Shown here: positions 12,671 through 23,310 of the stretch, in pieces | How positions within the stretch are numbered: position 1 is the stretch's first letter | Layout: each line of letters begins with the position of its first letter | Source: Octopus sinensis | Taxonomy: Eukaryota | Length of the DNA: 64,000 nt | NCBI RefSeq assembly: GCF_006345805.1 | Contig: NC_043018.1 | Span: 10,168,001-10,232,000 of the forward strand | Reading direction: 5' to 3' | Made by a program: the position numbers and the translations under genes | Notes under the pieces: generated by a model | Databases searched by the model: none | What the model was told of the DNA's origin: nothing | The model's input: the letters and a program-made list of their open reading frames with translations, nothing else

Positions 12671-13834
12671 CTACAAATAAATAAAATTGGTAAATACATC
12701 AATTCCACTTTAGAATTGCCTCTATATACCCCTATACATCTATATACATCTGTCTGTTTATCTACATCTTGTCATGTCTGTTTGGCATTTGGCCTAGTGG
12801 TTAGAAGTGTTGAGCTCAGCTCATAAGGTCGTGGGTTTGATTCCTGGGTCTGGCAGTGCATTTTGGCCTTGAACAAGGCTTATCTTTACTCCAATCAACT
12901 TAGTCAAAAATATTCTTGCTCAAGGGTTTAATAATCCATAGGATTATGTATAGTGCAAAAATTATGCAAAGGAACCTTTGATTCAAATAAAACCAAACCA
13001 CCCAAGTCTACTCTAGCCTTCAGACCAATCCTTCTTTTCTAGAATGCCATCTCTCTAGAATTCTTTCCAATCTCATGTTTTTCATACAGTCACTTGTTCA
13101 TCAATACCATCTGCATTAATCTCATTGGTTCCAGACACTTTTTAAAAGCTGGGCACAAATCTTTTCAGTGATTTCACTGACCTTATAAAAGCTTATAAAA
13201 GGCTACAGACACAGCTCCTCCACCCAGTGCCTGTACTGATCTCAAAGAACCTGTGAGGGGCAAAGAGCACCAACCAGTGTATTCACTTGTTTCAGAGAGC
13301 TTATGCAGGGCAGGGGCACAACCCATATTTTACAAATTAAACCATTGTAATACTAGAGAAATAAAATAATATTATTAACTGTGAGTTTGTAAATTTGGAA
13401 AATGAATGTTTAAGTTTGTATGTCAAGTGCAAATTGATTAGTGAGGTCTCACAGTAAGCTGTTCATCAGGGTAAAAGATATTTTTTGAATTTTTGTGTAT
13501 ATTTTTCAAAAAAAAAAAAAATACAATAAAGTGATTTTCACAATGTTAACCTTAAAGTTGATGTATTTTTGTGGTACCAGTAAAATCCAAAAATTATTTT
13601 CAAATTTGCTCTGTTTTTTCAATTACAGTGTGTGAATCATTTCGATGTATTTTATACAGCAATTAAAATAAATTTGACTAAAACATATAATGATGTATGT
13701 TTCTCATACATCATTATACTAAAAAAGTGTTAGCACATATTACAGGTGAGAGATATTTTTTTCCAGAGATTTTATTTGCCGTAATTGCAAGAATGCATTT
13801 TATAGGAATGTATATTACGCATGTATATTACGCA

Positions 13835-14336
13835 GGGAGCAGGGTCTGGAAGAGTAGAGACATCAGACTCGCTACCAAATGCAGATTGGTGAATGCAATT
13901 GTCTTCCCAATAGCAACATATGGATGCGAGACCTGGACACTAAAGAAAGCTGACCAGAAGAGAATTAATGCATTCGAGCTTTGGTGTCGGAGAAGACTTT
14001 TACGGATTCCATGGACAGTGAGGCTCACCAATGGAGAAGTTCTTAAGCAGATCAGGCCAAAAATGTCGCTAGAAGCTAGGATCACCAAGCATAGATTGGC
14101 ATATTTCGGTCATGTTATGCGGAGAAAATCTCTGGAGAAGGACATCATGCTCGGAATGGTCAGTGGTAAGAGAGGAAGAGGCCGACCAAGAACCCACTGG
14201 CTTGACACCATCAAGAGTGATACTGGAATGGACATAGCCAATCTGAAAGAAGCGGCCCAGGATAGAACTGACTGGAGGACACTGATCCAACGAGTGACCG
14301 AGAGTCGACTTTGACTGAGCGGATAGATAGATAGAT
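13835..14336 (+). mobile_element. 5'-truncated RTE (BovB-like) LINE with a (GATA)n tail
   Basis: RT C-terminus ...AYFGHVMRRKSLEKDIMLGMVSGKRGRGRPRTHWLD... and gatagatagatag tail. Confidence 0.92.
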
Positions 14337-14641
14337 TATGCCTGAACGAATACAATATTCAAATTTTTAATCTAATTTTGATGAAGAACATTACACAAAA
14401 TGCAATCAGTCTAATTTCTTCATGGCATATGACTTTTTGTCTTAACAGACAACCATTGCACTTTGCTTGGATTAATTGCCATCTACAATTCTTTATTTTG
14501 ATTTTCCTTCTCTATCAGTGGCACTGCAGACAATTACCTGCTGCAGTTATGAAGTTCAGAAGCTTTTCCCATTGCTTTTAAGCCTTTTGTATTTTAACCA
14601 GTCATGTCCGGCCCAAATATATGATCTGTTTTATATTACAA

Positions 14642-15036
14642 CTAGCAGTATCGCCTGGCGTTGCTCGGGTTTATAAGGGAAATAACAATATAAGCATTTT
14701 TAGAGATGTAAAGTATAATAGCCATCTCAATATGGTTAACCACAAAGGGGGGGGGTGTTACTGTAGCTTTTTACGTTCTGAGATTTAATAATAAATTTTT
14801 AGAGAGTTACTTCCCTTATATATGCCAAAAATGCATTAAAAATGGGAAAAATTGATGGTAAATTTTTTTTTAAATCGTAGACTCATCGTAGACGTGCGCT
14901 AATACCCAGAAGGGCTCGATATGAATCACGTCTATAAGATACCTGGTTTTGGTTAAACTGCACCGCAAAATGTGGGAGTAGTTAGGAATCTAAATCGTAG
15001 GAGACAGACACACAACTTCACTTTTATATATAAAGA
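14642..15036 (-). mobile_element. Non-autonomous Helitron nested in a piggyBac-like MITE (about 14579-15168)
   Basis: On the - strand it starts A|TC and ends with a GC-rich subterminal segment and CTAG|T. Same family as 57750-58277. Confidence 0.75.
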
Positions 15037-15191
15037 TGTCAATGTAAAAATAAACAACCTCATCATCAAAATCTCAAAGCTATGAGATAATGCAGGATTA
15101 AGTCAAAACATTGTGAATAAATAAACATTGAATTTGACAGAGATTACTTTGAATGCTAAAGGGTTAAACGAAAAAATTGTTTCAAACTTAC

Positions 15192-15296
15192 TGCATTAAT
15201 TTTTCCGTCTTCATGTTGAGTGGCAATAAATTCAGAGACATCTTCTGGTTTTGGTTCTTGTGGTTTAAGAGTTTGAAGTGTATCAAAAATGTGATT
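15192..15296 (-). CDS. Exon 10 (NHIFDTLQTLKPQEPKPEDVSEFIATQHEDGKINA), 105 nt, phase 0-0
   Basis: Acceptor cttgacaatttcag|, donor GCA|gtaagt. Confidence 0.88.
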
Positions 15297-16551
15297 CTGA
15301 AATTGTCAAGAATTTAAGTAATAAGTTACAGTAAATTAATTTATACAGCAATTAAAATAAATTTGACTAAGTTCTCTGTTTTCTTACACCATTATACTAA
15401 TAAAGAGTTAGTGCATATTATACAGAAGCGGTATTTAACGTTGCAACCCTTTTGTTATCAATCCACCAGAGAAAATCCTTGGTTTTTGTTATGGGAAAAT
15501 CCTAAACATTCCCATGCGAATGAAAGTGGTTTAACCGATTACAATAAATGTGAACGGTCAAAGGGAGTAATTGACAGGTGTTAGTTTGACCGTGTTGGTT
15601 TAACAGTCGGTAGTTGAGCAGTGAATACCAAGTATCATACCTATGTCTGAGTGGTATGAAGTACGTTCTGTGTTAGGTTATTTTAGATAACCACATCCAA
15701 CCATTTATTTGTGTAATACCATTTTACACCAGATGTGTATAGCCATGTCATAACAATTTTATGTCATAACATTTGTTAAAAAATACTCTAAATTAAATCT
15801 TTCCATGAAAATTTCCTGTTGATTTATATTCCAAACACTAGCAAAACCCTTTATGTCAAACCAACTGGAACTGCACCGATTTCCTTGATACGCACTTTTG
15901 GTTTTGGCCCTTTAGCATTCAGATTTATCTGCCAAATGTAACACTTATATTCTTTTATTCTTTTACAAGTTTCAGTCATTTGGCTGTGGCTATGCTGGAG
16001 CAGCACCTTAAAGGGTTTTAGTCAAAGAAATCGACCCCAGGATTTATTCTTTGTAATCCTGGTACTTATTCTATTGGACCCTTTTGCTGAACCACTAAGT
16101 TACAGGGACATAAACACACCAGCATCAAGTGTCAAGTGATGGCAAGGGTACAAATACACACACACACACATAAATATACACACACACACACATATATATA
16201 TATATGTATATATATGTATATATATGTATGTATGTATCATCATCATCATCATCATCATTTAGCGTCCGCTTTACATGCTAGCATGGATTGGACGGTTCAA
16301 CTGGGGTCTGTGAAGCCAGAAGGCTGCATCAGGCCCAGTCTGATCAGGCAGTGTTTCTACGGCTGGATGCCCTTCCTAATGCCAACCACTCTGCAAGTGT
16401 AGTGGGTGATTTTTACGTGCCACCCGCACAGGTGTGCCAGACGGAGCTGGCAAACGGCCACGAACGGATGGTGATTTTACGTGCCACCAGCACGGGGACC
16501 AGGCGAGGCTGGCAACGGCCACGAACGGATGGTGCTTTTACGTGCCAATAC

Positions 16552-16607
<56 letters not shown>

Positions 16608-16843
16608 TATATATATAACAATTGCAGGTGGAAGGTGTTTATAAGCCATTTAAGAAAACACAAAAGCCGTTAGATTCACTTCAACATTTAAATTTAATTT
16701 GTCAGAATATTTTCGCCACTTCGAGACCGCGTCTAACGGTTTTTGTGTGTTTCTTAAATGGCTTATAATCACCTTCCATGCTGCAATTGTTTTCGTTCCA
16801 GCACACAATTTCAGATCAGGTCACTTGCCATGCAAGTACATCT

Positions 16844-16899
<56 letters not shown>

Positions 16900-17098
16900 A
16901 AAGTTTACAAAAAAAAACAAAAGACGAAGACAGGTGGTGTACAAAACAAACAGCTGTATTAGTATAACGCTTAGGAATAGAAAAAGTCTTTTACGTTTCT
17001 ACAGAAAGATACAGAGAAAAAACAAGGAGTGAAAAAAAGGAGAGAAAAAATGTGTGTTGTGGCTAACGATCTATCATGGCGACTATATATATATATAT

Positions 17099-17460
17099 AT
17101 ATAGAAAATAGTAAAGAGTGAAAAAAATACAGAAGGCTTAAATGTTAAAAAATATATATATTTGCGTCAATATGTCTGAAGAATATTAGAAAATTAAAAA
17201 AAAAATTTTTTTTTTCTCTTATAATGACATAATTTAAAAGAAAGACCGGTTTCGCATGTAGCTTTTCAAATTTCTTGGTCGCAAGAAATTTGAAAAGCTA
17301 CACACGAAACCGGTCTTTCTTTTAAATTATGTCATTATAAGAGGAAAAAATATTTTTTTTTTAATTTTCTAATATTCTTCAGACATATTGATGCAAATAT
17401 ATATATTTTTTAACATTTAAGTCTTCTGTAGTTTTTTCACTCTTTACTATTTTCTATATA
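17099..17460. repeat. Long fold-back inverted repeat, arms about 178 bp, 6-nt loop ggtcgc (17277-17282)
   Basis: ...gcttttcaaatttctt-ggtcgc-aagaaatttgaaaagc..., pairing out to atatagaaaatagtaaagagtg / cactctttactattttctatat. Confidence 0.95.
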
Positions 17461-17494
17461 TTCACCCACGTGCTTTCACAAACCAACTTTCTTA

Positions 17495-17537
<43 letters not shown>

Positions 17538-17991
17538 CAATTGCAGGTGGAAGGTGTTTATAAGCCATTTAAGAAAACACAAAAGCCGTTAGATTCACTT
17601 CAACATTTAAATTTAATTTGTCAGAATATTTTCGCCACTTCGAGACCGCGTCTAACGGTTTTTGTGTGTTTCTTAAATGGCTTATAATCACCTTCCATGC
17701 TGCAATTGTTTTCGTTCCAGCACACAATTTCAGATCAGGTCACTTGCCATGCAAGTACATCTCCCTATATATATATATATATATATATAGGGAAAGTTTA
17801 CAAAAAAAAACAAAAGACGAAGACAGGTGGTGTACAAAACAAACAGCTGTATTAGTATAACGCTTAGGAATAGAAAAAGTCTTTTACGTTTCTACAGAAA
17901 GATACAGAGAAAAAACAAGGAGTGAAAAAAAGGAGAGAAAAAATGTGTGTTGTGGCTAACGATCTATCATGGCGACTATATATATATATAT

Positions 17992-18353
17992 ATATAGAAA
18001 ATAGTAAAGAGTGAAAAAAATACAGAAGGCTTAAATGTTAAAAAATATATATATTTGCGTCAATATGTCTGAAGAATATTAGAAAATTAAAAAAAAAATT
18101 TTTTTTTTCTCTTATAATGACATAATTTAAAAGAAAGACCGGTTTCGCATGTAGCTTTTCAAATTTCTTGGTCGCAAGAAATTTGAAAAGCTACACACGA
18201 AACCGGTCTTTCTTTTAAATTATGTCATTATAAGAGGAAAAAATATTTTTTTTTTAATTTTCTAATATTCTTCAGACATATTGATGCAAATATATATATT
18301 TTTTAACATTTAAGTCTTCTGTAGTTTTTTCACTCTTTACTATTTTCTATATA
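17992..18353. repeat. Second copy of the ~178-bp-arm fold-back, loop 18170-18175
   Basis: Same sequence and same arm mismatches as 17099-17460. Confidence 0.95.
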
Positions 18354-18389
18354 TTCACCCACGTGCTTTCACAAACCAACTTTCTTATC

Positions 18390-18424
<35 letters not shown>

Positions 18425-18430
18425 TATATA

Positions 18431-18709
18431 TACCAATTAAGGACTGTACACGAAAAGTGGACAGTCAACATGCGTCTAGATATAGACGTCAAATCGCCAT
18501 TCTCAGATCAAACTCAACACAAAACCATAGCAATAAACAAGTGAAAATATACGAAATAAATATTTATTTCGTATATTTTCACTTGTTTATTGCTTTGGTT
18601 TTGTGTTGAGTTTGATCTGAGAACATAAACTTTTTGTGGAGAATGGCGATTTGACGTCTATATCTAGCATGTTGACTGTCCACTTTTCGTGTACAGTCCT
18701 TAATTGGTA
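18431..18709. repeat. Spacer-less palindrome centred at 18561/18562, arms about 130 bp, with a ~20-nt insertion in the right arm
   Basis: acgaaataaat|atttatttcgt at the centre, taccaattaaggactgtacacg / cgtgtacagtccttaattggta at the ends. Confidence 0.95.
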
Positions 18710-19407
18710 TATATAAATATTTTAATCTTCGGATTCTTTCTTTAATATGCTAGACCACTGGTTCTAATTGATAAATATCAATTTCTACCCTAAATTTAAT
18801 AATATATATATATATATATATATATGCATATGCATGTGTGTGTGTACATATATATATATATATATACACGATGCACTTCTTTCAGTTACCATCTGCCAAA
18901 TCCACTCACAAGGCTTTGGTCAGCCTGAGACTATAGTAGAAGACTCTTGCCCAAGGTGCCATGCAGTGGGACTGAACCTGGAATCATGTGGTTGGAAAGC
19001 AAGCTTCCTACCACACAGTCATGCCTGTGTTTATTATATATTCACAGTTCTGAATCAATCATATGTTATCTCGTAGTCCTGAGATTTCAATGGTGTGACT
19101 GTTTATATTTAGAATGACATTGTATGAGATGTATGAAAGGCCAGATCAGGTCAGTTTGAACATAAAACATGCAGAATATTTGGACCATCAAAGCAATCTA
19201 AATTAAAACCTTCCATCAAAATTTTATCTTAGTTTCTTCCAAACATCAGTTTAATAATGGCAAAGCTATTTAACTAAGTTCTTTTTCATTTTCAAAATCA
19301 ATCAAAACAGAGGCAGTTATATTTCGACAGAAATATGCTAATAAAAGGGCTAAAGTGTGAAAATCTTCTATCAGAATTTTATGCTGATTTGTTCTAAACA
19401 CCAGGTT

Positions 19408-19545
19408 AACTCGAAAAGCACTCGGAGAGCGCAGACCTCCGCCAAGCAGCTCATTTCCACCCATATACACGCATGCTGAAAATCGCCCAATTTCCCAAAC
19501 CAAAGCAGGCAAAAACATAACCTCCTTGGCGGGGGTACGAAAAAT
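19408..19545 (-). mobile_element. Short Helentron/HINE-like element; a related 5' fragment lies at about 19920-20200
   Basis: 5' acccccgccaaggaggtta, 3' inverted ggcggaggt followed by the stem-loop gcgctc-tcc-gagtgc and a T-run. This is the subTIR-plus-hairpin layout of HINEs. Confidence 0.55.
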
Positions 19546-20303
19546 AATAACACAGCCATTTGATTTTAAGAAAAAAAAAACCCTTTAAAAACAGGAATCA
19601 TCTGAAGCAGTTCACAACCGCCAACATCATCATCATCAGCATCATTGTCATTGCTTCCACTTCGACCACATACACCGTCATCAGTGTCATCATGACGGTT
19701 GCCTTGACAGACACTTTCACCACCACAACCAGTATAACCACTGCAATACCACCGCCACCACACAACTAACACTATCATCAACACCACTATTACCACCATC
19801 ACCTCAGCATCACACATCACACCGCTCCTGTCGCCATTATAACCACTGATACTATTTTATCCTCCTCCCATACTTATCCCGACCATCATCATCATCAACA
19901 GTGTCTCTAAACAGCAACGCCACCATAGGTTACGTGGAAACGATACGTTTTCAAGGGAGATAATCAAAGAACGTAACATTGTAATGCTTCATGTGAAGTA
20001 AATATAACAAACGAAAAATCCTTCAAGAATCCATAAAAATCCTCGGATCAAAATTTCATCATCTGTTCCTTGTGTCATTACCAACTCTTCCTGCAAGTTT
20101 CATCAAATACCGTTCGCAACTATTTTAGCTATTTTGCACACAGACAGATAGACGGACAAACCAACGCCAATGAAAACATAACCTCCTTCTTTGGTGGAGG
20201 TAATAGACACAAAGTTATTTTACTAAATTCTTGATTGTTTCCAAGATTAACACAAATTCAGTATATTTTAACAGAAATATGGTAACAAAACAACAAAAAA
20301 CAC

Positions 20304-20713
20304 GGATCTTTTCGGTTTGAACGGCAGTTTTTTCTAGCGATGTCATATGAAATTGTCACCCATAATTATGACCCTAGTATCCATCTATTGCATTTCAATC
20401 TGTTTTAGGATTAGGGGTGGGGGAAGGGTATCTTTTTTTCTTCACAAATGTAAATAAACCCAATCTGTTTCTTAAACGAGGGACATATTCATACGGCACA
20501 GACTGTTGTTTACCTCAATGGACTTCAGTGATTGGTTGAAATTGAAGAAATTGAAGAAAAACAACAACAAATATCTTACAAACTATAGAATTTTCTCAAT
20601 AAAGCCAAGAGAAAAAGATGTTTTATAAACACATTCTACCAGTATACGAAGTGTAAAATTTTTTAGTTACCTAGAAATTATGTTAAAAACTGCCGTTCAG
20701 ACCGAAAAGATCC
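20304..20713. mobile_element. MITE with 29-bp TIRs and an 8-bp TSD (hAT-like TSD length)
   Basis: ggatcttttcggtttgaacggcagttttt / aaaaactgccgttcagaccgaaaagatcc, with aaaaacac on both flanks. Confidence 0.85.
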
Positions 20714-22599
20714 AAAAACACTGAGCTAGCAAGCTGATTCCACATTTAATCCTTTTAATACCATCTTGCCTGAGATAATTCCTGGTTCTGTGAAACGAAC
20801 TTTCCATTTTGAAGTAATCTTAATTAAAACCATTCATTGAAATTTTATATTCATTTGTTCCAAATGCTGGTTTGATAACGACAAAGTTATTTTACTAAAT
20901 TCTTCGTTATCTTCAAAATCAATTGAAACAAAGCAGTGAATTTCAAAAGAATATGGTAACAAAAGGTTTTCTGACGAATAATTAGGTAGGAGGAGAGAGG
21001 GGGGGGTATTTATTGCTGCTGTTATCATTGTTCAACTAAGATCAACTAAGATGTATTCTTTTATTCTTTTATGCTTTTACTTGTTTCAGTCATTTGACTG
21101 CAGCCATGCTGGAGCACAGCCTTAAAGGGTCTTAGTCAAAGAAAGGACTTAATCTTTGTAAGCATAGTACTTATTCTATCAGTTTCTCTTACCAAACTGC
21201 TAAGTTATGGGCACCTAAACACACCAGCATCTGTTATGAAGCGATGGCAGGGGGAAGGGGGCAAATACAGGCACACACACACACAAATATATATGACGGG
21301 CTTCTTCCAGTTTCCGTCTACCAAATCCACTCACAAGGCTTTCATTGGCCCAAGGCTATAGCAGAAGACACTTGTCCAAGGTGCCACACAGTGGGACTGA
21401 ACCCAGAACCATGTGGTTGGGAAGCAAGCTTCTTACCACTCAGCCACACTTGTGCCTGTGTCCGAAAGCTTTCCTGTCATGTATTTCGACCAGATATATT
21501 ATATCTTGGATTTCAGCATCTTATGTGTCCTTATACTTGAAGACAGTAAGGTGTACTTTGAGGTGCTATTTCTAGGAAGTCGAGTAACCAGGTAAAGAGC
21601 TTCCTCAGTGTAAGCGAGAGATGTTATTGATCTGAAAAAGCCAGAAGACATTGAAGCATGATTCATCATCATCATCACTACCACCACCACCACAAACACC
21701 ATCGCCACCACCGCCATCACCACCGCCACCACCAACACCACCACCACCACCAATACCACCATCACCACTACCAATACCACCAATACCACACCACCACCAC
21801 CACCACCACCACCATCATCATCATGATCATCATCGTTATCCTCTTCATCATGATCATGACCACCACCACCACCACTACCACCATCATTGAACATCCTTTT
21901 TTTTCCATGCTGGCATGGGTTGGACAGTTTAGCAAGAGCAGGTGATGCTGAGGGCTCTTCCAGGTTCTCTGTCTGCTTTGGCAAGGTTTCTACAGCTGGA
22001 TGCCCTTCCTAATGCTGACCATCCGAGTGTACTAGGGGCTTTTTACCTGGTATTAGCACCGGTGAGGTTTCCAAGTAGATGTAATGATAAAATCCCTCAA
22101 CTGAGCGAGATCATAGTCTGAAGGAATAAGAAACTAAACTATGATTGCAAGAGAGGAACAGGTGTCTTGCTGGGGAGGCAAATATATGGCTTGCCTACCT
22201 GGAGAGAGAGAGGGGGAGAGAGAGAGATGAGGTCCAGGTACAACAAGAAAATGCTCTGAGTGAAAATAGTGTGACAGATGATTAGAGATAGAGAATGAGT
22301 TGGATGCAGAGAATATCAGTGTAGTGGAGGGGGGAATTGAAAGAAGGTAACATAGGGTAACATAGAAGATTGATGGAAGAGGGGGGTATCAGAAAACGAA
22401 CTGTAGGGAGAAGACTTGGAGGAACCTCAATTCTACTGATGTAGATGGATCTTCCCAAGCAATCATCATCAACATCATCATCATCACCATCATCATCATC
22501 ACCATCACCATTATCATCATCATCATCACCACCACCACCATCATCACCATCAACATCATCATCATCACCACCACCACCACCACCACCACCACAACCACA

Positions 22600-22649
<50 letters not shown>

Positions 22650-23006
22650 TATCGTCATCATCGTCATCACCACCACCACCACCATTTCATGTTGCTTCAG
22701 TCCACTCAGCTGGCAAAAGCGAGTCATACCTGTAATTCAAAGGGACCAGCCTTGTCACACTCTGTATCATGCTGAATCTCCCTGAGAACTACATTAAGGG
22801 TACATGTGTCTGCGGAGTGCTCAGCCACTTGCATTTTAATTTTATGGGCAAGCTGTTCCGTTGATCGGATCAGCTGGGACCCCCGTCGTCTTAACCGACG
22901 GAGAGAGCCTTAAAAAATACAGCAGCATTTATAACAATGTGTATGGTTATTATATACACACTATGCATAAAGTTATACTCACACACACACACATATACAC
23001 ACACAC

Positions 23007-23062
<56 letters not shown>

Positions 23063-23119
23063 AAACAAACATCATCATGTGTATATATATATATATACAC
23101 ACATACGCACACACACATA

Positions 23120-23310
23120 TCTCTATATATAAAACTGAAATGCGTTTGTTTGTTTGACTCGACCGCTTGGATCGCTTTCAAGGCCACTACATCCCGTCGG
23201 ATTGACTCCAAAATTTACAGGGACATGTAAAATGAGGTGACGATGCCCGTGGGCTACCTTAGAAATCCCTATCTTAAAAGGTGTCGTTGCTAGGGCCAAA
23301 AACCCACTTT
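23120..23310 (+). mobile_element. 5' fragment of a Helitron-like element
   Basis: A|TCtctatatataaaactgaa start resembles the start of 57750. No CTAG end seen. Confidence 0.45.

Larger units (their letters stand above)
16617..18430. repeat. Near-identical direct tandem duplication of a ~0.9-kb unit (offset 919, then 893 after a TA-length change); possibly Penelope-like sequence
   Basis: Identical track ORFs at 16699 and 17618. The Penelope-like resemblance is from memory and unverified. Confidence 0.9.

Noticed and set aside
8129-15296. Titin/PEVK assignment for the gene
   Set aside because: The composition is similar, but there are no Ig/FN3 or kinase exons and the C-terminus is unlike titin. 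No gene symbol is given.
16985-17010. Penelope-type hammerhead remnant (ctgtagaaacgt on the minus strand)
   Set aside because: No stem II lies between the core halves, so it cannot fold. The family assignment is itself unverified.
21499-21631. Minus-strand exon candidate (SITSLAYTEEALYLVTRLPRN...)
   Set aside because: The acceptor is good, but phase-0 entry hits TGA after 8 codons and no donor was found.
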